From Candidatus Roizmanbacteria bacterium GW2011_GWC2_34_23 (GTDB taxonomy: Bacteria; Patescibacteriota; Microgenomatia; UBA1406; GWC2-37-13), in NCBI GenBank assembly GCA_000990305.1, contig LBPR01000002.1, positions 8,688-72,687 on the forward strand: a stretch of 64,000 nucleotides of DNA. The letters are read 5' to 3'. This document shows, piece by piece, positions 30,601-39,002 of the stretch; positions within the stretch are counted from its first letter, which is position 1, and each line of letters begins with the position of its first letter. The translations under genes were made by a program, and so were the position numbers. The notes under the pieces were generated by a model. The model ran no database searches. It worked only from the letters and a program-made list of their open reading frames with translations, and was not told the origin of the DNA.

Positions 30601-30605
30601 AGTAA
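27603..30605 (+). CDS. UvrD/PcrA-family helicase fused to a C-terminal PD-(D/E)XK nuclease with Cys (Fe-S-like) motif
   Basis: AGAGTGKT, VDEFQD, TVHSAKGLEF, EERRLFYVGLTRA; GKIDRID..IIDYKTG, C..CDFCPYKIIC. Confidence 0.92.
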   Translation: MSDYVLNKEQLQAVKYNKGPLLIIAGAGTGKTSVIVEKIKYLVKKKLAKPEQILALTFTEKAAAEMEERVDRAMPYGYFQMNISTFHAFADQILKENGFQIGLSPSFRLMTEAETIIFLKQNLFLFNLKYFRPLGNPNKFLEALLQHFSRLRDEDISPKEYVGYAQDQRSKIKDQKEDEVLIEKQKYLELANAYQTYQKLKIKEGLMDFADLVFYVLQLFQKRPNILKRYQHQYPFVLVDEFQDTNISQYQLMKLLSPVKKNPRLTVVGDDSQAIYKFRGASVSNIINFMKDYKKVKQITLKKNYRSNQTILDVAYKLIKNNDPDTLEFKLGISKNLIATKKSLVPSPYSLTPSFYLADSVEDESDNVAKQILKLSKTYKYSDFAILVRANNHSEPFVKSLARAGIPFQFLGPGTLYKQSEVKDLIAYLKVLYNLEDSPSLFRLLYMDIYSIDKRDISLLLSFSKKINQPFFQSIEIYLSNFNVSIHQNEFDIYKPYLPLLKSGTKQKLLVIYKMIVKHLGLLKTNTAGQILYYFLEESGLLLTLTNFKNETQEKVAINISNFFNKLKMFESEHEDASVFAVVDFINMSIEMGESPIVAKTDIASINAVNILTVHSAKGLEFPVVFLVNLTEERFPTRHKKETISIPEDLIKEILPTGDYHIEEERRLFYVGLTRAKDKVFLSSSKFYGEGKRQRKISRFVIETLGEELINKETNLKKEQKSQLSIFDFKQPKIKKGSENPTPTDPYRRPNWASLQLSNNFSYSQLNSYKTCPLQYKYQYVLKIPTTSTASESFGTTIHKTLQDFYSNFLKNKKVDKKKLLELYKKSWIPIGYSSKAHQDRMKKEGEKILKNYFDKFHSSDLKIIGLEKLFKIKITEDIFLTGKIDRIDELKNKEIEIIDYKTGKKPNNRELTKSLQLTIYVLASHDKNLFNKKLEDINLTFYYLQTPEKITIKKNEEDLIKTKENIVEMVEEIRQNIFPANPGIHCDFCPYKIICEAWQ
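29811..29868 (-). repeat. Two tandem GTAG-type REP-like palindromes in frame in the helicase-nuclease linker
   Basis: GTAG-AGACGCCCAATTTGGGCGTCT-GTAC (29840-29868) and GTAG-GGGTCGGGTTTTCCGACCC (29811-29833) on minus strand. Confidence 0.85.
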
Positions 30606-30627
30606 CAAGTTGTTGTATAATACATTC

Positions 30628-32109
30628 ATGACAAAACGACTTATCCAGACAAGATTTTTTCAAAGATTACTCGAAATTATTGTCCCGATTAGTTCCTGGT
30701 TTCTAGTCACTCTTCCCTTATGGCTCTCCCCCTTTCACCCCGCCATCGTTGCTTATTTTATAATTGCTTTTGATCTGTATTTTTTTTCAAAATCATTATC
30801 AACCGCCTACTCATGCGTAGTCTCTTATAATGAAATTCTCTTTCACAGTCAAATAAAATATTTTAAAAAATTACAAAATCAAAAAAATTATAGTCGTTTA
30901 AAACATTTTATTATTATTCCTAATTACAAAGAACCTCTCCATAAATTAGAAGAAACTGTTCAAGAATTAATTAAAAATGATTATCCAATTAAAAAAAACT
31001 TATACTTAATCCTCGCCTTTGAAAAACGCGAAACTGAAGCTTCAAAAAAAAGCCAGTATATTTCAAATAAGTATCAAGGCTTTTTTAAAGAGATTATTTC
31101 CCACTACCATCCATTAAAGCAAGACGAAGAACCGGGAAAAGCCAGTAATCAAACATATGCCGCAAAAATTGTTGATAAGTATGTCATAAATAATAATTTT
31201 GATAGAAAAAATGTTTTAATTACAATCTGTGATGCTGATAGTAAACTGTCAAAAAATTATTTTTCTTATCTAAGTTTTGAATATATTAAAGACAAAGACC
31301 GTTTGTTTCATTTTTATTGGGCTCCGGTTCTTTTATATAATAATTTCTGGCAACTGCCATTTCTTGTCCGCATACAAGCAACCCTATCTTCAATACTCCG
31401 ACTGGCATTTTTATCACAAAAAGAAAACCTTATTCAAGTCTCGACTTACTCGACTAATCTTTGGTTGCTTAAAAAAATAAATTTTTGGGACACCGATATT
31501 ATTCCAGAAGATTGGCATGTGTTTTTTCAAGCTTTCTTTACCTTTGGTGAAAAAGTAAAAACAATCCCACTTTTCACAATTGTCAATGGAGATGCTGTAT
31601 TTTCGGGAGGGACTATGAGAACCTTAGTCAATCGTTATGAACAGGAAAAACGTTGGGCTTGGGGAGTTACCGACGTCGGCTATGTTTTAAAAAGATTTTT
31701 TCTAACTCCTCATATTGGCACTTGGCAAAAACTTAAAAAAATAATATTTATTGCTGAAACTCATCTTTTTTGGCCTGTGTCATTTTTTATTTTGACAATC
31801 AGTGCTTCCATACCGCCTTTAATTAATCCCTCATTTAAAAGAACTGTTCTTGGTTTACTGTTGCCAAAACTTTCAGCTTTGATTTTGACCTTGTCATCGG
31901 GCATGTTAATACTGTATATTTATTTAGATATTAAACTTCGGCAAAAAGTAAATATGAAAACAAGCGCTTCAAGTCTTCCTTTACTCATTGTTCAATGGTA
32001 TTTGTTGCCCGTCGTTTCTTTTTTCTTTTCCTCCCTCCCTGCTCTTGACGCTCACACTAGAATATTATTGGGAAAAAAGTTAAAATATAGAGTGACGGAG
32101 AAAGTATAA
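30628..32109 (+). CDS. Membrane glycosyltransferase family 2 (processive type)
   Basis: IPNYKE, GKASN, CDAD, PEDW, QEKRW motifs, multiple TMs; start reassigned to MTKR. Confidence 0.8.
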   Translation: MTKRLIQTRFFQRLLEIIVPISSWFLVTLPLWLSPFHPAIVAYFIIAFDLYFFSKSLSTAYSCVVSYNEILFHSQIKYFKKLQNQKNYSRLKHFIIIPNYKEPLHKLEETVQELIKNDYPIKKNLYLILAFEKRETEASKKSQYISNKYQGFFKEIISHYHPLKQDEEPGKASNQTYAAKIVDKYVINNNFDRKNVLITICDADSKLSKNYFSYLSFEYIKDKDRLFHFYWAPVLLYNNFWQLPFLVRIQATLSSILRLAFLSQKENLIQVSTYSTNLWLLKKINFWDTDIIPEDWHVFFQAFFTFGEKVKTIPLFTIVNGDAVFSGGTMRTLVNRYEQEKRWAWGVTDVGYVLKRFFLTPHIGTWQKLKKIIFIAETHLFWPVSFFILTISASIPPLINPSFKRTVLGLLLPKLSALILTLSSGMLILYIYLDIKLRQKVNMKTSASSLPLLIVQWYLLPVVSFFFSSLPALDAHTRILLGKKLKYRVTEKV

Positions 32110-32110
32110 A

Positions 32111-32194
32111 AAAATTCTAAATTATAAATATTAAACTGTTTAGAATTTGATATTTATAGTTTATTTGTTATTTGTAATTTAATATTTAGAATTT
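32111..32194. repeat. Degenerate heptamer array
   Basis: AAATTCT/AAATTAT units followed by ATTTNNN complements. Confidence 0.5.
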
Positions 32195-32202
32195 AATCTA
32201 TT

Positions 32203-33522
32203 ATGCTTCAGTATTTATTTACCAAAACCCCCCTTCTCTTTCTTACCCAGTCATTATGGAGAGATGAAGCTTTCTCATATTTTATGGCTAAAAAGAATAT
32301 TGTTGAAATGATCTCTTTGACCGCTAAAGATTTTAATCCCCCTCTTTATTATTTTATCTTACATTACTGGATGAAGATATTCGGAGGTTCGGAAATCGCT
32401 TTAAGAAGCTTGTCTATTATCTTTTTCTGGGCAACTATTTATGTTGCTTTTTTATTTTTAAATAAAATTTTTAAAATGAAAGAAAGAAAAGCATTTTTTT
32501 ATTTAATTTTATTCATCATTAATCCTCTACTGCTATACTATGCATTTGAAGCCCGAATGTACTCGATGTTGGCATTTTTTGCCAGTCTTTCTTATTATGC
32601 TTTTTATCGAAAAAACAATCAACTTTATTTATTCTCAACAATCGCCGGGCTTTTTACTCACTACTTTATGTTATTGGTTGTTTTTAGTCAGCTATTTTTT
32701 TTAATAATTAATAAAATTAATATTGGATATGTTAAAAAAAAGGTTATTTATACATCCTTATTAATTTTTTCTCCTTGGATGCTATTTTTCTTTAGCCAAA
32801 ACAGTTTATCTGGCTCTTTTTGGTTAAACAAACCTCATTTAAAAGATATTTTTGCATTACTAGGGATTATTTATACCGGTAATGAGGCGGCTTTTTATCC
32901 TAGTGGTTTAATAGTAAAAATTCAAAATAATGTAATGTATTTTTCGGTTGTTTTAGCGATAATTATTGTGATTGGAATTTATCAGTATATTAAAAAACTT
33001 TCAAAAAAGGATCAGTTAAATTTTCAATTGCTTTTTATTTGGGGAGTAGGAATTTCTTTAATCGTTGGTTTAATATCATTTATTAAACCTCTATATTTTC
33101 CCCGTTATCTTATTTTTACTACAGTTGGTTTTTTGTTATTGATAATTTTTATTATGGAAAAAATAAATATATATCTGCGTGCCATATTGTTTGCAGTATT
33201 GATAGTTTTGACTTTCAGTTATCAAAAATTACAGTTAGAATACCGGGGAAAAATCGATTTGAGAAAAGCATTAAGAGAGATACAGGTAATTGCTAATAAA
33301 AAAGATCTTATTTATACAAATGATCTGGATTTTTTTACAGTTCAGTATTATTTAAATAAAAATAAAGTTTATATTTATGGAAAGAGCTATAAAGACATAC
33401 CGGCATATAATGGAAAAATTCTTATTCTCGAAGAAAGAATCGCATCCAATCTTCCTTTTTATCCTCAAAAAGCTTTTATTCTAAATCCAAATGGACAATA
33501 TACTATTCAGGCAATGTTTTAG
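32203..33522 (+). CDS. GT-C superfamily (PMT/GT39-like) membrane glycosyltransferase
   Basis: SLWRDEA, NPPLYY, EARMY, many TMs. Confidence 0.8.
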   Translation: MLQYLFTKTPLLFLTQSLWRDEAFSYFMAKKNIVEMISLTAKDFNPPLYYFILHYWMKIFGGSEIALRSLSIIFFWATIYVAFLFLNKIFKMKERKAFFYLILFIINPLLLYYAFEARMYSMLAFFASLSYYAFYRKNNQLYLFSTIAGLFTHYFMLLVVFSQLFFLIINKINIGYVKKKVIYTSLLIFSPWMLFFFSQNSLSGSFWLNKPHLKDIFALLGIIYTGNEAAFYPSGLIVKIQNNVMYFSVVLAIIIVIGIYQYIKKLSKKDQLNFQLLFIWGVGISLIVGLISFIKPLYFPRYLIFTTVGFLLLIIFIMEKINIYLRAILFAVLIVLTFSYQKLQLEYRGKIDLRKALREIQVIANKKDLIYTNDLDFFTVQYYLNKNKVYIYGKSYKDIPAYNGKILILEERIASNLPFYPQKAFILNPNGQYTIQAMF

Positions 33523-33964
33523 AATTTTCCTTGTCTTTTAGAATTTCCTCCGCATGAGTCAAAGGGTTTACCTTTTCATAAACCTTGACGATGTTTCCAT
33601 CTTTGTCAATTAGATAGGTTTTCCTTAAGATTCCCTCATATGTCTTACCCAAAAACTTTTTTGTTCCCCAAGCTTTATATTTCTTAATAACTTTCTTTTC
33701 TACATCAGAAAAAATCGTAAATCGAAGATTGTGTTTTTGTGCAAATTTTTTGTGAGAAAGCACTGTGTCTTTTGAAACTCCCAGAACAACAACTTCATTT
33801 TTCTTGTAAATTTCCTGATTGTCCCGAAAACTGCAAGCCTCAACTGTACACCCTGGAGTGTCATCTTTTGGATAAAAATATAAGATTACAAACTGACCTC
33901 TATAGTCAGATAATTTATGAATATCCCCATTTTGGTCCGGTAATGAAAAATCAAAGGCTTTCAT
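33503..33964 (-). CDS. bcp: Peroxiredoxin Bcp
   Basis: YFYPKDDTPGCTVEACSFRD. Confidence 0.95.
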   Translation of the reverse strand: MKAFDFSLPDQNGDIHKLSDYRGQFVILYFYPKDDTPGCTVEACSFRDNQEIYKKNEVVVLGVSKDTVLSHKKFAQKHNLRFTIFSDVEKKVIKKYKAWGTKKFLGKTYEGILRKTYLIDKDGNIVKVYEKVNPLTHAEEILKDKENSKTLPE

Positions 33965-33984
33965 AGTTTGAATTAAAGTATATT

Positions 33985-35265
33985 TTAAAACGGAAACTTG
34001 GCAAATTGAGCTTTGTTTCCCAGTTCTCTTTCGATTCTCATTAATTGATTGTATTTTGCCGTCCGCTCTCCTCGAGCCGGTGCACCTGTCTTTATCTGTC
34101 CGGTGCCCATAGCAACAACAAAGTCTGCCATAAAAACATCTTCAGTTTCGGCACTTCTGTGAGAGACAATGGCTGTCATTCCGGCTTCGCGAGACATAAG
34201 GATAGCATCAACTGTTTCTGTTAATGTTCCTATCTGATTTAATTTAATTAGTATTGAATTGCAGGTTTTTTCATCAATTCCCTTTTGCAGTCTTTTGATA
34301 TTGGTGACAAACAGATCATCGCCGATCACCTGCATCTTGCCTTCAGTTTTATCATAAAGTTTCTTAAATCCGTCCCAATCATCCTGATCAAAGACATCTT
34401 CCATTGAAACAATTGGATATTTTTTCCAAAGGTTCAGATAAAATTCCACTAATTCATCAGTCGATAAAACCAATCCTTCTTTTTTTAATCCATACTTTCC
34501 ATCTTTGAAGAATTCTGAAGCTGCTCCATCAATTCCAAGAACAATATCAGTTCCAGGAACATATCCGGCTTTTTGAATCGCCTCCATGAGTATTTGAAAA
34601 GGCTCTTCGTTTGACTTAAATTGCGGGGCATAACCGCCTTCATCCCCAACGGCAATTGCATATCCCTTCGATTTCAAAATTGATTTTAAAGATTGATAAA
34701 CTTCTGCTCCCATTCTGATTGATTCCTGGGTATTTTTGGCGCCGACCGGAAAGATCATGTATTCCTGAATGTCACTGGCCCAGTTTCCATGTTTCCCGCC
34801 ATTTAAAACATTCATCATCGTCAAAGGCATTGTATAAATTCCTTTAAAATCAGGGTTGAATTTAGATAGATAAACGTAAAGAGGTTTTTTTTCGCTCACA
34901 GCTTCCGCTCTTGCGGCGCTCAAAGAAACTGAAAGGATAGCATTAGCTCCAAGGTTGGCTTTATTTTCCGTTCCGTCAAGCTGGATCATTGTTTGATCTA
35001 GTTTTTTGTGATCCTCGGCCTCAAGACCCTTAACTGCAGATAAAATTTTTGTGTTTACGCTTTCAACTGCTTTTAAAACTCCTGAGCCATTAAATCTTTT
35101 TTCATCATGATCACGAAGTTCGACTGCTTCATATTTTCCAGTTGAGGCTCCTGATGGAATCGCCGCCCAACCGATTGAACCGTCTTCCAAGGTAGTGACA
35201 CATTCAATTGTTGGAAATCCCCGACTGTCTAAAATTTCCTGAGCCTGAAGAGACTTGATCTTCAT
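33985..35265 (-). CDS. eno: Enolase
   Basis: ILDSRG, PSGASTG, VGDEGG, SHRS, GQIKTGAP. Confidence 0.98.
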   Translation of the reverse strand: MKIKSLQAQEILDSRGFPTIECVTTLEDGSIGWAAIPSGASTGKYEAVELRDHDEKRFNGSGVLKAVESVNTKILSAVKGLEAEDHKKLDQTMIQLDGTENKANLGANAILSVSLSAARAEAVSEKKPLYVYLSKFNPDFKGIYTMPLTMMNVLNGGKHGNWASDIQEYMIFPVGAKNTQESIRMGAEVYQSLKSILKSKGYAIAVGDEGGYAPQFKSNEEPFQILMEAIQKAGYVPGTDIVLGIDGAASEFFKDGKYGLKKEGLVLSTDELVEFYLNLWKKYPIVSMEDVFDQDDWDGFKKLYDKTEGKMQVIGDDLFVTNIKRLQKGIDEKTCNSILIKLNQIGTLTETVDAILMSREAGMTAIVSHRSAETEDVFMADFVVAMGTGQIKTGAPARGERTAKYNQLMRIERELGNKAQFAKFPF

Positions 35266-35289
35266 AATTAATATTCTATCACTTTTCTA

Positions 35290-35553
35290 TCATTTTTTAT
35301 ATATTTCGTGAGTGCCTATATCGAGAAAAAGAATTTTCTCTTTACTTACAATTTTAAAAATTACTCTATATTCTAAATTTACCGAAAACGAATAATATTC
35401 TTTTAACTTTCCCTTCAATTTATGTGTTTTAAGTAAGGGATTAAAAGAATTTAAAATAAAAAATGATTGTTTATCATTAAAAAGCTGGGCAATGTTTTCT
35501 GGGATTTTTCTAAAAGATTTTTCAAACTGTGAAGAATAAAGAATTTTAGTCAT
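35290..35553 (-). CDS. RelE/YafQ-family toxin
   Basis: LKTHKLKG..YSFSV..YRVIF..DIGTH; start reassigned. Confidence 0.85.
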   Translation of the reverse strand: MTKILYSSQFEKSFRKIPENIAQLFNDKQSFFILNSFNPLLKTHKLKGKLKEYYSFSVNLEYRVIFKIVSKEKILFLDIGTHEIYKK

Positions 35554-35884
35554 TTTTATTATTCTGCAAATTTTTCCATAACTCAAAGACTGACCCCTTG
35601 AGTTCTTTTACCTTGCCTTCTTCGAGTTCTTTTTCTCCTTCATTAATTATCTTTAAAACTTCTTTTAATTCCATTTCCTTTTGAATTTTTTTTAATTTGT
35701 TATATTCTTCAATCCCTACGATTACTCCGGTCGGCTTATTATTTTTAACAATAAAATAGGGTTGAGTAGAATCTTTAAGCATTCGAAGGATCTTTCCAGA
35801 TTTTCTCTGCAAATCGGAAGCTGAAATTAATTCCGGAACCAATGAATAGGTAAACTCTTTAATTTTTTTAGTAATTTTTTTCAT
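35546..35884 (-). CDS. Phd/YefM-family antitoxin
   Basis: ISASDLQRK..PYFIVKNNKPTGVIV; overlaps toxin start; TTGACA-17-TATTAT promoter upstream. Confidence 0.85.
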   Translation of the reverse strand: MKKITKKIKEFTYSLVPELISASDLQRKSGKILRMLKDSTQPYFIVKNNKPTGVIVGIEEYNKLKKIQKEMELKEVLKIINEGEKELEEGKVKELKGSVFELWKNLQNNKND

Positions 35885-36042
35885 ATGGTGAAATAATAAC
35901 ATATGTATTATTATATGTCAAATCTTACATAATTTATGAATATTTGGTTGCCCAGTCTCGATTTCTATTGTCCTACTTGCCTGCTACAACCTAATTTGAG
36001 CGGGTCGGTTTAGACCCAGAACGTCCTTATAATTTCGTTAGA

Positions 36043-36423
36043 TTACCATCCTTCTTTAGTGTGGCTAATTTTATTTTGACATCTTCTTCCCCAAGTTGGA
36101 CATGCTTCGCAAAGATAATCACGATTTGCTCTACCTGTTTCCGGATCAAAATCCGGAATGATTATATAATCCCCAGCTAAAAATGCCTGATAACCCTCAA
36201 GCCATCTATGTTCAAATATCCTTCGAGTGTGAGGCTCCTTTGTTAAAAATGGATATAATTTCGTACCATCATCATCCACTGCTTCTTTAAGTTTCGGAAT
36301 TACAATCCTATGGACATCTCCAAGCGTGGGAAGTAAACCTTTGTCCGCCCATGCATCAAAAACACCAAATTCACGCCATGAAAATTGTGGTCGGACATGA
36401 TGATTTAATAATTTTATAGTCAT
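36043..36423 (-). CDS. Hypothetical protein with C-terminal CxxCx6C
   Basis: ORF directly downstream of tRNA-Gln; no family recognised. Confidence 0.5.
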   Translation of the reverse strand: MTIKLLNHHVRPQFSWREFGVFDAWADKGLLPTLGDVHRIVIPKLKEAVDDDGTKLYPFLTKEPHTRRIFEHRWLEGYQAFLAGDYIIIPDFDPETGRANRDYLCEACPTWGRRCQNKISHTKEGW

Positions 36424-36460
36424 TTTCCTCTTCCTCAACTGGTAATTACTGCGCTTTCTG

Positions 36461-36531
36461 TTGGGAGACTTGGATTCGAACCAAGATATTCAGATTCAGA
36501 GTCTGAAATCCTACCATTAGATGATCTCCCA
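36461..36531 (-). tRNA. tRNA-Gln(CUG), CCA not encoded
   Basis: Acceptor TGGGAGA/TCTCCCA, anticodon arm TCAGA-CTCTGAA-TCTGA, T-arm CTTGG-TTCGAAT-CCAAG. Confidence 0.95.
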
Positions 36532-36546
36532 TATATTGAAATTATA

Positions 36547-37323
36547 TCACTTAAACGTTCTAAATTTAATTAATTGTTTAAAAGATAACGCTTCATCTCT
36601 CTTTCTCAATCTTATTGCTGTTTTGCGCTCTTCTGGATGATATCCAAATAAAATAAGTGCTTTTTTTACTTCTAATAGTAAGGAGGTATTGAAATTACGA
36701 AAAGCAAAATTATACGTACAAGTCTTTAAATGTATCGAAAAAGAACCTTCTGCTTCAAATAATCCCTTTAGTGCCGATATCAAAAATATTTTATTATTCC
36801 AAATCCATGTGGGTAATTTCAATTTATACTTCCGCTTTGGACCTAACGGAATAAAGAGTCTTTTTGCTAAATTATTTTGATATATTGTTATATCCATCGC
36901 TTCGCTGTGTTTTCTTTTTCTTATATTCGGTTTTTTATTGAATACCCTGTTAACAATTTTTGCTGCATACTTCCATAAATTTGGCTTATCTGTTCCTAAT
37001 GTAATTCTTAAAACTTCTGTCCTTGACGCCTTAGCTAAGTGACCATCTCCTAATATTAAACCTGTTAAAAAAGCTAAGTCTTCGTCTTGATTTAATAGTT
37101 TCTTGGAATTGGGTATTATTTCTAATTTTTTAGCATTTTCTCTCCAGATTTTAAAATTATCTATCTTTTTTGTTTTTAATGTATCGGAAATTTTTTTTAC
37201 TCCTAAATCGTTATTTTTATTTTTTCCTTTATTCCAAGGAGGAGGTCTATTCTTAAGACTTTTTTTCCATCTAATATAACGTTGATCATTTTTACTAAGT
37301 AGTTGTGAAAATATTCTAATCAT
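36547..37323 (-). CDS. Free-standing two-motif LAGLIDADG homing endonuclease-like protein
   Basis: LAFLTGLILGDG and LKGLFEAEG motifs; N-terminal PWNKG (NUMOD3-like). Confidence 0.85.
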   Translation of the reverse strand: MIRIFSQLLSKNDQRYIRWKKSLKNRPPPWNKGKNKNNDLGVKKISDTLKTKKIDNFKIWRENAKKLEIIPNSKKLLNQDEDLAFLTGLILGDGHLAKASRTEVLRITLGTDKPNLWKYAAKIVNRVFNKKPNIRKRKHSEAMDITIYQNNLAKRLFIPLGPKRKYKLKLPTWIWNNKIFLISALKGLFEAEGSFSIHLKTCTYNFAFRNFNTSLLLEVKKALILFGYHPEERKTAIRLRKRDEALSFKQLIKFRTFK

Positions 37324-37333
37324 TAATTATTTG

Positions 37334-37353
37334 TACCATTAGACGATAGGAAA
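37334..37353 (-). pseudogene. tRNA 5' fragment (acceptor strand plus half D-arm)
   Basis: TTTCCTA-TC-GTCT-AATGGTA parallels tRNA-Gln TGGGAGA-TC-ATCT-AATGGTA. Confidence 0.55.
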
Positions 37354-37409
37354 TGCAACATAAAAACCCCTCAAATTAATTATAGAGATAAGCTTATGTG
37401 AATAGCGGT

Positions 37410-38078
37410 TTAATACTTTATGAAGTAGTTGATCTTTGCTTTGGCTTTAAGATCGGCCACAAAGGTTTGAATTTTTGCCTGAAGTTTTTGCTGTTTAATT
37501 GCCGTTTTTGCTTGATCTCTTGTTAATTCTGGAGCAGGTTGAGTAGAATCCAATGATAGTTGACTTTTTTGACTGGCTATATAATCATCTGCTTCTTTAT
37601 CTGTGATTGAAATATTATTATCAACCATCTTTGTAACCAAAAGCTGCAGTTTGATTTCACCTATCAAGTCGCTTCTTGTCATACCTTGTTGAAGTAACAA
37701 AGCATCAAGTGTTGATCCTTGAGAAGTAACGTTATTCTCAATTTTGAGTAATTCTGCATCAATTTCCTGTTGAGAAATACCCGTCTTTCTTTTTTTTGCT
37801 TCTTGATTAATTAAAGTTTTAAGAATAATAGAATCAAGTACTTTCTGACCTCCCTGTTTTTCCAAGTCCTTGATAACTGATAGACGATTTATAAATTGCC
37901 CGTTGACAGATGCGGCAAATAAATATTTTTTTCCTAAATAAATAAGTCCAACAACAATAAACAAAACAAGAATAATAAGAAAGATTTTTTTCGGAAATTT
38001 AACTACAAACTTTGAAGACTTTTCTTCTTGAACAACCATTCTTTCGACCGATTCTTGTTTCTTCAATTTTTTTGCCAT
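37410..38078 (-). CDS. SurA N-terminal-domain / PrsA-like foldase
   Basis: TM anchor then AASVNG, LINQEAKK, LKAKAKI; start reassigned. Confidence 0.75.
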   Translation of the reverse strand: MAKKLKKQESVERMVVQEEKSSKFVVKFPKKIFLIILVLFIVVGLIYLGKKYLFAASVNGQFINRLSVIKDLEKQGGQKVLDSIILKTLINQEAKKRKTGISQQEIDAELLKIENNVTSQGSTLDALLLQQGMTRSDLIGEIKLQLLVTKMVDNNISITDKEADDYIASQKSQLSLDSTQPAPELTRDQAKTAIKQQKLQAKIQTFVADLKAKAKINYFIKY

Positions 38079-38124
38079 AATTAATGGTACACAATATTTA
38101 TTAAAAATCAACAGTAATTAAAAA

Positions 38125-38162
38125 TTACGGTATTGGGAAACGGAGAGCGAGTTTTTTGACTC
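38125..38162 (-). repeat. Duplicate of glyA 3' terminus
   Basis: 37/38 identical to 39003-39040 (VKKLALRFPIP*). Confidence 0.92.
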
Positions 38163-38287
38163 ATAAAATTAATCTTATCATAGAATGAGTCCTTCGATAA
38201 ATAAATACTAATTTGACAATCTAAAACGACAGTTTTGTAGGTTATAAGCGGTTGACAACATATTATGTTTGTTTTATATATTTTTTA

Positions 38288-38641
38288 ATGATAAAAACAC
38301 TAAAATATCAACTTATTTTTTATAAGACCTCATCAGGAAAGGATATAATAGCTGACTTTATTTTAAATTGTGAAAATAATCTTAAAAACAAGATAAGAAC
38401 AGGGATTAAAATTTTTGAAGATTATGGACTTGAATTACTAAAAACTAAATGGTTAAAAAAAATATATCACAATCCAGGTATTTTTGAACTAAGAATTACT
38501 GGAGGAAAACAAATTAGACTTTTATTTATTCAATATAATTCTCAAGTTTTTTTAATTATCCACGCCTTTGTTAAGAAAACCCAAAAAATACCAGGTAAAG
38601 AATTAAAAATTGCTTTAAAAAGAGCCAAAGAATTTATCTAA
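38288..38641 (+). CDS. HigB/RelE-like (Gp49/DUF891-type) toxin
   Basis: IFELRI, IRLLF, HAFVKKTQKIP; start reassigned. Confidence 0.85.
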   Translation: MIKTLKYQLIFYKTSSGKDIIADFILNCENNLKNKIRTGIKIFEDYGLELLKTKWLKKIYHNPGIFELRITGGKQIRLLFIQYNSQVFLIIHAFVKKTQKIPGKELKIALKRAKEFI

Positions 38642-38679
38642 CCCCTTGACAAATATAACTAATTTGTTATAAATAGATT

Positions 38680-38976
38680 ATGAAAAGAAAAATTGATAGT
38701 CTTACCAAATGGTCTGATTTTGAAAAAAAACTTTTAAAAAATAAACAGTTCAGCCGTATCGTCAAAAAGACCGAACATGAATACCAATTGGCTCGAAGTT
38801 TAATCGAATTTCGCTTAAGGAAAAATATAACTCAAAAAGAATTAGCAAAAAGAGCTCATACCAAGCAACCAGTAATATCACGATTAGAAACCGGAACTGT
38901 TAAACCATCAATCTCTCTTCTTGAGCGGATCGCCCTAGCTCTTGACTCTACTCTTGATATTCGTTTTCTTCCCTAA
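38680..38976 (+). CDS. XRE-family HTH antitoxin (HigA-like)
   Basis: ITQKELAKR..QPVISRLETG..PSISLLERIA. Confidence 0.88.
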   Translation: MKRKIDSLTKWSDFEKKLLKNKQFSRIVKKTEHEYQLARSLIEFRLRKNITQKELAKRAHTKQPVISRLETGTVKPSISLLERIALALDSTLDIRFLP

Positions 38977-39002
38977 ATTATTTTGTAAATTATTTCACTA
39001 TT

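Noticed and set aside
36461-37353. Group I intron within a tRNA
   Set aside because: The tRNA is complete, the fragment cannot pair with its acceptor stem, and there is no room for a ribozyme core around the ORF.
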